From Candidatus Limnocylindria bacterium (GTDB taxonomy: Bacteria; Chloroflexota; Limnocylindria; Limnocylindrales; CSP1-4), in contig JBGQBD010000002.1 of NCBI GenBank assembly GCA_041494645.1, positions 1 to 60,584 on the forward strand: a DNA stretch of 60,584 nucleotides, written 5' to 3'. The notes under the pieces are model-generated. The model saw only the letters and a list, made by a program, of their open reading frames with translations, had not been told where the DNA came from and searched no databases. The position numbers were made by a program, and so were the translations under genes. The number at the start of each line of letters is the position of its first letter. Position 1 is the stretch's first letter. Below are positions 44,079-52,586 of this stretch, piece after piece.

Positions 44079-44857
44079 GGCAGGCCAGCCTCGGCCGACG
44101 GCTCGGGAGTCTCGGGCGCGCTCGACTCCTCGTTTGGCGAAGCCGGCGTGGCGAGGCCAAAGAAGGGCCCCAGGATCGCTCCAGCCACCAGTCCTACCGA
44201 CGCCCCGGCTGCCAACCCCACCGGCACGGCCACCGCAACTGCCCCCACGGCGGCGGCCACGTCGCGGCGTCCGGAGACCATGCCCAGCGAGAGGCCGGCC
44301 ATGGCCGCCGGGAACGCGACATCGAGGCCGAGCCGGTTCGTGTCGACCGCCCCTGCCACCAGATAGCCGAGAGCCGAGCCGATCGTCCAGGGCACGAAGA
44401 TGGCCATTGCGGCCATCCAGTAGCCGCGTCTGTCGAAGCGTCCGATTCGCCGGAAGTGGGCCAGCGCCAAAGCGAACGTCTCATCGGTGAGGAAGTGGGC
44501 CATTACCGCTCGTTCGCGCCGCGTCCCGGCGATCGTGTAGGGCGCCAATGCGGCCGAGTAGAGAAGGTGGCGCGCGTTTACAAGGGCCGTGACGCCGGCG
44601 ATAGCCAGCCACGATGCGCCGTCCTTGACCAGCCCGGCCGCGGCGAACTGGGCTCCACCGGCGAACGCGATGCTCGAGTTAGCCATGACGTCCAGCAGCG
44701 AGTAGCGGGCTTGCAGGGCAGTGAGTCCGAAGACCAGCCCAACCGGCAGGGCATAGGCCGAGATGGCCATGCCATCGCGCGTCATCCGCCGGCGCGACTC
44801 CGCGACCGTAGGGTTCTCCGGTGTCCGATCTGCTTCGCTCCTCTGAACTACGCTCAT
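44075..44857 (-). CDS. azlC: Branched-chain amino acid exporter AzlC family protein
   Basis: The AGGAQFAA..., NARHLLYSAAL and TDETFAL motif pattern is typical of AzlC. Confidence 0.8.
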   Translation of the reverse strand: MSVVQRSEADRTPENPTVAESRRRMTRDGMAISAYALPVGLVFGLTALQARYSLLDVMANSSIAFAGGAQFAAAGLVKDGASWLAIAGVTALVNARHLLYSAALAPYTIAGTRRERAVMAHFLTDETFALALAHFRRIGRFDRRGYWMAAMAIFVPWTIGSALGYLVAGAVDTNRLGLDVAFPAAMAGLSLGMVSGRRDVAAAVGAVAVAVPVGLAAGASVGLVAGAILGPFFGLATPASPNEESSAPETPEPSAEAGLP

Positions 44858-44986
44858 CGCCCGTGCCGGCTCGACCTCACGATTCGTGTCGTCGGATCGT
44901 AACGGACGTTGGGCTCGGGCGCGGCGTATGCTCGTGTACGGAGCCCGCGCGAGGCGTCGGCGTACGCCGGTCGAGCGTGCAAGATG

Positions 44987-45000
44987 TGAGAGCGCTCTCT
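44987..45000. promoter_or_regulatory. LacI-family operator O1: TGAGAGCGCTCTCT (perfect 12-bp core palindrome GAGAGCGCTCTC)
   Basis: Read directly. It resembles the CebR/CelR-type box TGGGAGCGCTCCCA and overlaps or abuts TTGACG (45000-45005). Confidence 0.6.
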
Positions 45001-45031
45001 TGACGAGGGTGATACTGTCTCCGTGTCAGCG

Positions 45032-45045
45032 TGAGAACGCTCTCA
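45032..45045. promoter_or_regulatory. LacI-family operator O2: TGAGAACGCTCTCA (14-bp near-palindrome)
   Basis: It lies 45 bp centre-to-centre from O1. A TG-extended -10-like TGATACTGT (45010-45018) lies between the two sites. Confidence 0.6.
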
Positions 45046-45328
45046 GAACGATTCACGATTCCAGACCGAGCGGGATCACGCGAGGACGAATCCGTCAACC
45101 TGGGCACCAGGAGTCAGAGGAGCGGTCGGCCTGATCGGGGAATTCGGGCCGCGAGGTGAAGTGCCGGTGGCACTCCGTGCCACGGCGTCGCAGGAATGGG
45201 AGCTGAGGTCCGGGGCCGGCCCTACGCAACCCCGTGGGCCCGCGGATCTAAGCTCCCGAGAAGGCGACGGTCCCTAGTCGTCGTGCCCGAGTTGGTGCGC
45301 CCTGAAGCGGCTTGCAGGAGGCTCGTTC

Positions 45329-46360
45329 GTGAGCATTCCTACGCTCGAAGTAGTTGCTCGAGCCGCCGGTGTCTCGCGCGCGACCGTATCTCGGGTCGTG
45401 AATGGGAGCCCCACTGTCAGGATCGAATCCCGGCAGTCGGTCGAGCGGGCGATCGCCCAGCTCGGGTATGTCCCGAATCGGGCTGCTCGCACTCTCGTAA
45501 CTCGTCGGAATGACTCGATCGGCGTGGTGATTGCCGAGCCGAGCGGACGCATCTTCGGCGACCCGTACTTTGCGGAGGTTTTGCGGGGTATCAGCGCCGG
45601 CCTGGCCGCGCGCAACGTTGCGCTGGTCCTGGTCATGTCGCAGTCTCCTGAGGAGGAGCGCCAGGCGGAGCGCTACCTCACCGGTGGCCACGTCGATGGC
45701 GTGATCCTGTTTTCGCTGCACGGTGATGACCCACTCCCGCAGCACCTTAAGTCGCATGGCATACCGGTCGTCGTGGGCGGTGAGCCGCCCCACGGAGCCC
45801 GGGTCAGTTATGTCGACAACGACAACCACGGCGGCGCTATCGCGGCCGTGAACCACCTTATTGAGCAGGGGCGGACCCGGATCGCCACGATCACCGGTCC
45901 GCTGGACATGCCGGCCGCAATCACGCGCCGGCTGGGCTTCCTCGAAGCAATCCGGGCCGCCGGGCGGACGCCGGATGCGGATCTCGAGGAAAGTGGCGGA
46001 TTCACCCGTGAGGGTGGTCAGCGCGCCATGGAGGTCTTGCTCCAGCGGTGCCCCGATATCGATGCGGTATTCGCCGCGTCGGACCTGATGGCTGCAGGAG
46101 CGCTGTCGGCGCTGTACGCGGCCGGCAGGAGAGTGCCCGAGGACGTCGCGGTCGTCGGCTTCGACGACTCGATCATTGCCCTCTCGACCCAGCCTGCTCT
46201 TTCCAGCGTGCACCAGTCAATGGAGGTGACGGGTCTCGAACTCGCCAACGTCCTGCTCCAGACGATCGACGCGCGGGAACAGGTGGTCCGCCATGTCGTC
46301 CTGGAAACCGAGCTCATCGTCAGGCAATCGAGTGGAGGGCCGCCGACAGGGAAGAGCTGA
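45329..46360 (+). CDS. LacI family transcriptional regulator
   Basis: N-terminal HTH IPTLEVVARAAGVSRATVSRVVNG and a periplasmic-binding-fold effector domain. AGGAGG lies 8 nt upstream of GTG 45329. Confidence 0.9.
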   Translation: MSIPTLEVVARAAGVSRATVSRVVNGSPTVRIESRQSVERAIAQLGYVPNRAARTLVTRRNDSIGVVIAEPSGRIFGDPYFAEVLRGISAGLAARNVALVLVMSQSPEEERQAERYLTGGHVDGVILFSLHGDDPLPQHLKSHGIPVVVGGEPPHGARVSYVDNDNHGGAIAAVNHLIEQGRTRIATITGPLDMPAAITRRLGFLEAIRAAGRTPDADLEESGGFTREGGQRAMEVLLQRCPDIDAVFAASDLMAAGALSALYAAGRRVPEDVAVVGFDDSIIALSTQPALSSVHQSMEVTGLELANVLLQTIDAREQVVRHVVLETELIVRQSSGGPPTGKS

Positions 46361-46425
46361 GCGACTGAGCGCGGCCAGTCAGGAGCCACGCACTGCGTTA
46401 CCAAAGGGATAGGAAGGGAGCCCTA

Positions 46426-47964
46426 ATGGTCAGGAGAGGTTTCACCCGGTTTGCAGCCCTAGCTTCGGTGGCCGCGCTCGCGGCCAGCGCGTGCACGGGC
46501 GCGGCCGCAACAACAGCGCCCTCGACGGGCGCAGCAACGCCAAGCGCGCCGCCTCCGCAAGTGACACCCGCGACAACCGCTGGGGGCGGCCAGATCGTCA
46601 GCGTTAACGGCGTGAACCACGTCGTCGTTCAATGGTACGTTGGCCTCGGATCTGGCACCAACCCGTCGCAGATCACGGTGGAGCAGAAGGTGGTCAGCGA
46701 CTTCAACGCGTTGCAGGACAAGACACCTACCGGCACGAAGGGTATGCCGATCCTGCTCTCGCTGAACATTGTCCAGAACACCACCGCGACCGACATCCTC
46801 AAGACCCAGCTGGCCGCCAACAATGCGCCGGACATCGTTGGCCCGGTTGGCGTCAAGGGTCGCGCCGCATTCCAGGGCGTGTGGGCTGACATCACCCCGC
46901 TGGCCAAGACGGCCGGCTTCGACTTCAGCGCATATGACCCCAACCTCCTCAAGCAGTTGAGCACCAACGGCGTCCTGGATGGCTTCCCGTATGCCGTCTA
47001 CCCGTCGATGATCTTCTTCAACAAAGACCTCTTCGATGAGGCCAAGCTCCCGTACCCGCCGCAGAAGGTGGGCGACAAGTACACCATGCCTGACGGCACG
47101 AAGGTCGACTGGACCTGGGACACCGTCCGCAAGCTCGCCATGCTCCTGTCCGTTGACAATAAGGGCAAGGACGCGACCCAGGCCGGCTTCGATCCGACCA
47201 ATCAGGTGCAATTCGGCTTCGACTTCATGTGGAGCGAAGGCCGCCGAATGGGCTCCGACTTCGGCAACGGCGGTTTCGTTGCTGCGGACGGCAAGACGGC
47301 TCAGTTCCCGGATGCCTGGAAGGCCGCGTGGACCTGGTATTACAACGGCATCTGGACTGACCATTTCATCGCCAATACCACGCAGGAGAACTCCACCCTC
47401 CTGGCCACCGGCAACCCGCCGTCCTCCGGCCATGTTGCTATGGCCCAGATGTTCCAGTGGTACGACTGCTGCATGGCGGCGACCAGCCCCAGCAAGACCA
47501 TCAAGAAGTGGGACGTCGCCATCCAGCCGAGCTACAACGGCACGATTAGCGCTCCGATGGACCTGGACGTGTTCAGCATCACCAAAGCCTCTAAGGATGC
47601 GCAGGATGCGTTCACGGCTCTGGCCTACATCGCCGGCCGCGGCGACCTCTCGGCCACGTACGGTGGCATCCCGCTCGTCGGCGATCAACTCACGTACTAC
47701 CACAAGTACATTGACGCGATGCTGAAGCCCGAGTTCCCCGAAATCTACGCCAACGGCGGCTTGATCAACTGGCAAGTCCCGATCGACATGGAGAAGTACG
47801 CTCCGGCGATTCACCACGAAGCGGCAATGCCCAACTACGTCAAGTCAATGGACGACTACAGCAAGATCTGGACGACTCTTGGGACCACCAAGGGCCTTGA
47901 CATGAACAAGGTCTTCACGGACGTGACCACGGCACTGCAGACCGACTTCAGCGCGGCCCCGTAG
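46426..47964 (+). CDS. Carbohydrate ABC transporter substrate-binding lipoprotein (family 1 SBP, large 512-aa form)
   Basis: Lipobox LAASAC and a Thr/Ala/Pro linker. The overall pattern and its position before two sugar permease genes support the call. GGAAGGGAG lies upstream. Confidence 0.8.
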   Translation: MVRRGFTRFAALASVAALAASACTGAAATTAPSTGAATPSAPPPQVTPATTAGGGQIVSVNGVNHVVVQWYVGLGSGTNPSQITVEQKVVSDFNALQDKTPTGTKGMPILLSLNIVQNTTATDILKTQLAANNAPDIVGPVGVKGRAAFQGVWADITPLAKTAGFDFSAYDPNLLKQLSTNGVLDGFPYAVYPSMIFFNKDLFDEAKLPYPPQKVGDKYTMPDGTKVDWTWDTVRKLAMLLSVDNKGKDATQAGFDPTNQVQFGFDFMWSEGRRMGSDFGNGGFVAADGKTAQFPDAWKAAWTWYYNGIWTDHFIANTTQENSTLLATGNPPSSGHVAMAQMFQWYDCCMAATSPSKTIKKWDVAIQPSYNGTISAPMDLDVFSITKASKDAQDAFTALAYIAGRGDLSATYGGIPLVGDQLTYYHKYIDAMLKPEFPEIYANGGLINWQVPIDMEKYAPAIHHEAAMPNYVKSMDDYSKIWTTLGTTKGLDMNKVFTDVTTALQTDFSAAP

Positions 47965-47998
47965 CGGGGATCGCAACCTAAGTCGTGCGTGGGTAAAC

Positions 47999-48031
47999 CT
48001 CGGGCGGCCGACAACGTGCCGGCCGCCCGAG
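47999..48031 (+). terminator. Intercistronic stem-loop after the SBP gene (perfect 12-bp stem CTCGGGCGGCCG / CGGCCGCCCGAG, 9-nt loop)
   Basis: Read directly. No U-tract follows, so it is more likely an mRNA-stabilising or partial-termination element than a full terminator. Confidence 0.5.
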
Positions 48032-48059
48032 CCATCCAAGGCGATTTCGGAGCGGATCG

Positions 48060-49025
48060 ATGGTGATCGTCGAAGACAACGAGTCGGTTCACGCCCCTCC
48101 ACCCAGAAGGATGAGCCTTGCCCGTCGCGAGACACTGATGGGCCTCGCCTTCCTGTCGCCGTGGCTCATCGGCCTGGTGGTGTTCACCGCGCTGCCGATC
48201 GTAGCCTCCCTGGTGCTTTCGTTCACGGACTTCAACCTCCTCCATCCGGCAGACTTCCGGTTCATCGGGCTGGACAACTACACCCGGATGTGGAACGAAT
48301 TGATGAATGACGGGGCCGCCGGCAAGTCGCTGGGTGTCACGGCCAGATTTGCGCTGATGTCGGTCCCGGTGACGATCGTCCTGGCGCTCGGTGTGGCGCT
48401 GCTGGTCAACCGGAAGCTTCTCGCCGGCAAGCCCGTCTTCAGGACGCTGTTCTTCATGCCCGTGCTAATCCCGCTCGTAGCAAGCACCATCGTGTGGCAA
48501 GGATTCCTGAACGGCAGCACCGGCTGGTTGGGGCAGATCCTGCGCTCTTTCGGACTTCCCTCGCCGGACTGGTTCAACGATCCGTCCTGGGCGCTTCCGG
48601 GGCTCGTTCTTCTTGGTACCTGGGGCATCGGGAACATGACGCTGATCTTCCTGGCCGGCCTGCAGGGAGTGCCGACCGAGCTGTACGAGGCCGTCAAAAT
48701 CGACGGCGGCGGACCCTGGGCTCGATTCCGCCATGTGACGCTGCCGATGATCTCGCCGGTCCTCTTCTACAACATCCTGATCAGCATCATCGGAGTGTCG
48801 CAGTACTTCACCCAGGCTTATGTCCTCGACCCGGGGTCGAATGGAAACCCTGGCGGCTCGACGTACTTCTACAACCTGAACCTGTACAAGGAAGGCTGGT
48901 CCTACAACCAGATGGGCTTTGCCTCGGCGCTCGCCTGGCTCATGATGCTCATCGTCGTGGTCGCAGCGCTCGTGTTGTTCCGTACGTCGGCACGCTGGGT
49001 GTTCTACGCCGGAGGTGACCGATGA
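48060..49025 (+). CDS. Carbohydrate ABC transporter permease (MalF/UgpA-like)
   Basis: Six hydrophobic helices and an EAA-type loop (LYEAVKIDGGGPWARFRHVTLPM). GGAG lies upstream of ATG 48060. ATG 48111 is an alternative start. Confidence 0.85.
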   Translation: MVIVEDNESVHAPPPRRMSLARRETLMGLAFLSPWLIGLVVFTALPIVASLVLSFTDFNLLHPADFRFIGLDNYTRMWNELMNDGAAGKSLGVTARFALMSVPVTIVLALGVALLVNRKLLAGKPVFRTLFFMPVLIPLVASTIVWQGFLNGSTGWLGQILRSFGLPSPDWFNDPSWALPGLVLLGTWGIGNMTLIFLAGLQGVPTELYEAVKIDGGGPWARFRHVTLPMISPVLFYNILISIIGVSQYFTQAYVLDPGSNGNPGGSTYFYNLNLYKEGWSYNQMGFASALAWLMMLIVVVAALVLFRTSARWVFYAGGDR

Positions 49026-50113
49026 CCGGGAACGCATTGTCGCTTCCGCTGGCCAGGAGCGGGCGCAGACGGTCGCCCCGAGCGCGTGCGATCAGGTTGG
49101 GGATCTCCAGGCTCGGCGTGACGTTGTTCACCGCCTCGATGGCGATGATCTTCCTGCTGCCGCTCGTCTACATGCTGCTGACTTCGTTCAAAGACAGCAC
49201 CCAGATGACCGCGTTGAACGCACCGTTGTGGCCCGCTACGCAGCAGATATACACGGCCGCCGACGGCCAGACGTACACTCTCTATGAAGTTCCGACGGCC
49301 AGTGGCGTCCAGGGTCTCGCGCTGGAGAAGCCCGGGCGAGTCACGAGCACCTTCATCGACCCCAAGACGGGGCAAGAGGTCGAGTGGCAGGGCAACTGGC
49401 GCGGCCTGAGCCCAGTGTGGTCGCTCACCGTCAGTTTCGACAACTTCTCCACGGTGTTGGACGTCCTCAACTTCCCAATGCTGTTGAGAAATACCCTGGT
49501 AGTTTCCGTTCTCGGAACGATTGGCGCGGTCAGTTCGGCCGTCCTTGTCGCTTTCGGCTTCGCTCGGTTCAGGATCCCGGGCAAGAACGGCCTCTTCCTT
49601 GTCTTGATCATGACGATCATGCTGCCATTCCAGGTCACTCTGATCCCGCAGTACATCGCCTTCCTGCAGATTGGCTGGGTCGGCACATTGTTACCGCTGA
49701 TAGTGCCAACCTTCTTCGCCAACGCGTACAACGTCTTCCTGCTGAGGCAGTACTTCTTGACTCTGCCTCGAGAGCTGGACGAGGCTGCTCAGATGGATGG
49801 CGCCAGCCCGCTTCGGATCCTGTGGTCGGTGATCATTCCTCAGGCGTGGCCGGCGATCATCGCCGTGTCTTTGTTTCACTTCTTCTTCTCATGGAACGAC
49901 TTCTTCGTACCTCTGATATATCTGTCGGGACATGCCGACCTCTTCACGATGACCGTGGGCCTGCAGGCCTTCAGCGCCACCTACGCTCGTGCGGGCAGTG
50001 GCACCCTGACCCAGACCGCAGCTCTCCTGGCGATGCTTCTGCCTGTAGCGATCTTCTTCGTCGCCCAGCGGGCGTTCATGCGAGGCGTGGTCATCTCTGG
50101 CGTCGAGAAGTAG
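49022..50113 (+). CDS. Carbohydrate ABC transporter permease (MalG/UgpE-like) with enlarged first external loop
   Basis: EAA loop LDEAAQMDGASPLRILWSVIIPQ. GGAGGTG lies upstream. ATG 49022 overlaps the previous stop (ATGA). Confidence 0.85.
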   Translation: MTGNALSLPLARSGRRRSPRARAIRLGISRLGVTLFTASMAMIFLLPLVYMLLTSFKDSTQMTALNAPLWPATQQIYTAADGQTYTLYEVPTASGVQGLALEKPGRVTSTFIDPKTGQEVEWQGNWRGLSPVWSLTVSFDNFSTVLDVLNFPMLLRNTLVVSVLGTIGAVSSAVLVAFGFARFRIPGKNGLFLVLIMTIMLPFQVTLIPQYIAFLQIGWVGTLLPLIVPTFFANAYNVFLLRQYFLTLPRELDEAAQMDGASPLRILWSVIIPQAWPAIIAVSLFHFFFSWNDFFVPLIYLSGHADLFTMTVGLQAFSATYARAGSGTLTQTAALLAMLLPVAIFFVAQRAFMRGVVISGVEK

Positions 50114-50119
50114 GTGTCC

Positions 50120-52537
50120 ATGAACACGAGACAGGGACCCGAGGTCCTCTCGGGTCCGGCTCCCTGTGCCTGGCGGCGGCCGATCGGGCTCCCCTACGAC
50201 GGCCCCGAAACGTCCAGGCAGGACGTCGATCCGCCGCTCGTCGACGATGGTCCCTGGGGTGGCGTGCCACTGGGCGGTCTGGGTGCCGGAAGCATCGGGC
50301 GAACCCATCGCGGGGACTTCGCCCGATGGCACCTGGACGTGGGCCGCCACCGCTTCGAGACCATCGCGGCAGACCAGTTCTCGGTGTACGTGGCCAGGGG
50401 CGGGGCCAATTCGGCCCACGTGCTCTCGACGATACGTCCCGAGACGCTTCGGAGCTGGAACTGGGACCTGCCGGAGGGAGCCGGCATGTACCACGGCCTG
50501 TTCCCATATGCCTGGTTCGAATATGACTGGGCTGAACTTCCCGTGCGCCTGATGCAGCGGCAGTTCAGCCCGGTCATTCCTGGGAACCACCGCGAGAGCA
50601 GCTACCCCGTCGGTATCTTCGAGTGGCAGATCGAGAACCCGAGCCCGGATTCGGTGATTGTCGGGCTGATGTTCAGCTGGCTGAATGACATCGGCCGAGA
50701 CCGTGGACAGGACCGCCGGGGCGGCCATCGAAACGTTTCGCTCCGCAAAGACGGCCTGGCCGGGGTCCTGCTTCAGGGGCCTTCGGACGTTGCCGACGCG
50801 CCCTGGAACGGCAGCTTCGCGATGATGGCTGGCGAAGAACCCGGCGTCCAGCTCACGACCTGGGATCGGTTCTTGGCCGACGAGGGGTCGGACGTATGGG
50901 CGGACTTTGCGGCCGACGGCCGGCTGGGCGACGTCGTCGACGGCCGGCCCAGCCAGCCGGGCGAGGCTATCGGAGCAGCCCTTGCTGCGACGGTCGAGCT
51001 CGCTCCAGGCGAGACGAAGCGCGTGTCGTTCGTGCTCGTCTGGGATCTGCCCGTCGTTGAGTTCGGGTCCGGCACGTGCTGGTACAAGCGCTACACGCGG
51101 TTCTTCGGCCGCAGCGGCGCCAACGCCTGGGCCATCGGCGCCGAGGCTCTCGAGAGGCGCTCTGAGTGGTCGTCCGCTATAGACGCCTGGCAGGCGCCGA
51201 TCCTGGCCGATTCCGCGCGCCCTTCCTGGTACAAGGGGGCGCTCTTCAACGAGCTCTATTACCTCGTCGACGGCGGCACGGTCTGGACCGATGGCGAGCC
51301 GTTCCACAGGCCCCAGTCTGCCGGTGGCACCGCAGTCCTCCTGTCCGCAAAGCAGTCGATGGACGGCGGGGCGACTGAGTCGCTCGGTCATTTCGCCGTC
51401 CTGGAGTGCTACGACTACGCCTGTTACAACACCCTCGACGTCAACTTCTACGCGTCGTGGGCGCTGCTTCTGCTATGGCCTGACCTGGATGTCGGCGTCG
51501 TCAGGGATTTCGCGGCGACCGTGGATCTCGACGACCCGGAGATCGTCACCGTGGGCTGGAAGGGCACTCGCGCTCAGAGGAAACGGCGCGGCGCGATGCC
51601 GCACGACCTGGGTGGCCCGAGCGGAGACCCGTTCCTGCGTCCCAACATTTACAACTGGCGCGACATCAACATCTGGAAGGACTTGAACAGCAAGTTCGTC
51701 CTCCAGGTCTGGCGCGACGTCCTGCTTGTGCCGGCTCCGGACCTCGCTCGCGAGACGTGGCCGGCTGTCGTGCAGGCAATGGATTACCTCGGCCGATTCG
51801 ACCGAGACGACGATGGGCTGCCCGAGCACGATGGGCTGCCCGACCAGACTTACGATAGCTGGTCGATGCTCGGGCCGAGCGCCTACAGCGGGGCGCTCTG
51901 GCTGGCCGCCCTTCGCGCGGCCATCCGGTTGGGCACGATGGTCGGCGACTCAGCGAGCGTCGCCCGGTTCCGGCAATTGCACGATCGCGGCAGCGCCGCC
52001 TTCGAGGCCAAGCTCTGGAACGGCCGCTGCTATCGCTTCGATACGAGCGGCGAAGATTCCTCGGCTTCGATCATGGCTGACCAGCTGGCCGGTCAGTGGT
52101 ACGCGGATGCGACCGGACTTGGCGACCTGGCTTCGCCGGAGCGCATCCTGACGGCGTTGCGCACTGTTTACGAGTCGAACGTCCTTGGGTTCGGCGGCGG
52201 CGAGATGGGTGCGGTCAACGGGATCAGACCCGACGGTTCGATCGACGAGTCGACCGAGCAGTCGGCCGAGAGCTGGACCGGCACCACCTATGCCCTGGCG
52301 GCTTTCATGATCGGCCGCGGCCTCGTCCAAGAGGGCTGGCGCACGGCCCATGGAACGTTCGCCGTCACCTACGGCCGAGGGTTGTGGTTCCGGACGCCGG
52401 AGGCGTACCTGCAGGACGGTCGGTATCGGGCCGCCATGTACCTGCGGCCGCTGGCGATCTGGGCGATAGAGCACGCCCTTCGTCAGAATGGAGGGCATGG
52501 GATCTCGGCTGGTCGACGCCCGTCGGCCGACGCGTAG
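50120..52537 (+). CDS. GH116 family beta-glucosidase (GBA2-type glucosylceramidase fold), cytoplasmic
   Basis: N-domain GGVPLGGLGAGSIGRTHRGDFARWHL...LFPYAWFEY and C-terminal (alpha/alpha)6 DUF608-type region (DGLPDQTYDSWSMLGPSAYSGALWLAAL). ATG 50120 follows AGGTG. GTG 50114 is an alternative start. Confidence 0.8.
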   Translation: MNTRQGPEVLSGPAPCAWRRPIGLPYDGPETSRQDVDPPLVDDGPWGGVPLGGLGAGSIGRTHRGDFARWHLDVGRHRFETIAADQFSVYVARGGANSAHVLSTIRPETLRSWNWDLPEGAGMYHGLFPYAWFEYDWAELPVRLMQRQFSPVIPGNHRESSYPVGIFEWQIENPSPDSVIVGLMFSWLNDIGRDRGQDRRGGHRNVSLRKDGLAGVLLQGPSDVADAPWNGSFAMMAGEEPGVQLTTWDRFLADEGSDVWADFAADGRLGDVVDGRPSQPGEAIGAALAATVELAPGETKRVSFVLVWDLPVVEFGSGTCWYKRYTRFFGRSGANAWAIGAEALERRSEWSSAIDAWQAPILADSARPSWYKGALFNELYYLVDGGTVWTDGEPFHRPQSAGGTAVLLSAKQSMDGGATESLGHFAVLECYDYACYNTLDVNFYASWALLLLWPDLDVGVVRDFAATVDLDDPEIVTVGWKGTRAQRKRRGAMPHDLGGPSGDPFLRPNIYNWRDINIWKDLNSKFVLQVWRDVLLVPAPDLARETWPAVVQAMDYLGRFDRDDDGLPEHDGLPDQTYDSWSMLGPSAYSGALWLAALRAAIRLGTMVGDSASVARFRQLHDRGSAAFEAKLWNGRCYRFDTSGEDSSASIMADQLAGQWYADATGLGDLASPERILTALRTVYESNVLGFGGGEMGAVNGIRPDGSIDESTEQSAESWTGTTYALAAFMIGRGLVQEGWRTAHGTFAVTYGRGLWFRTPEAYLQDGRYRAAMYLRPLAIWAIEHALRQNGGHGISAGRRPSADA

Positions 52538-52586
52538 GAGCGGACGTTGACGACTGAGAGCTACGGTGAGCGGGTGATGGCGCACC

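Noticed and set aside
44877-45513. ORFs in the azlC-lacI intergenic region (44886-45134 plus, 44877-45107 minus, 45196-45513 plus).
   Set aside because: They have no SD and Arg-rich composition. The last one overlaps the well-supported lacI frame. The region is better explained as operators, a promoter and a structured leader.
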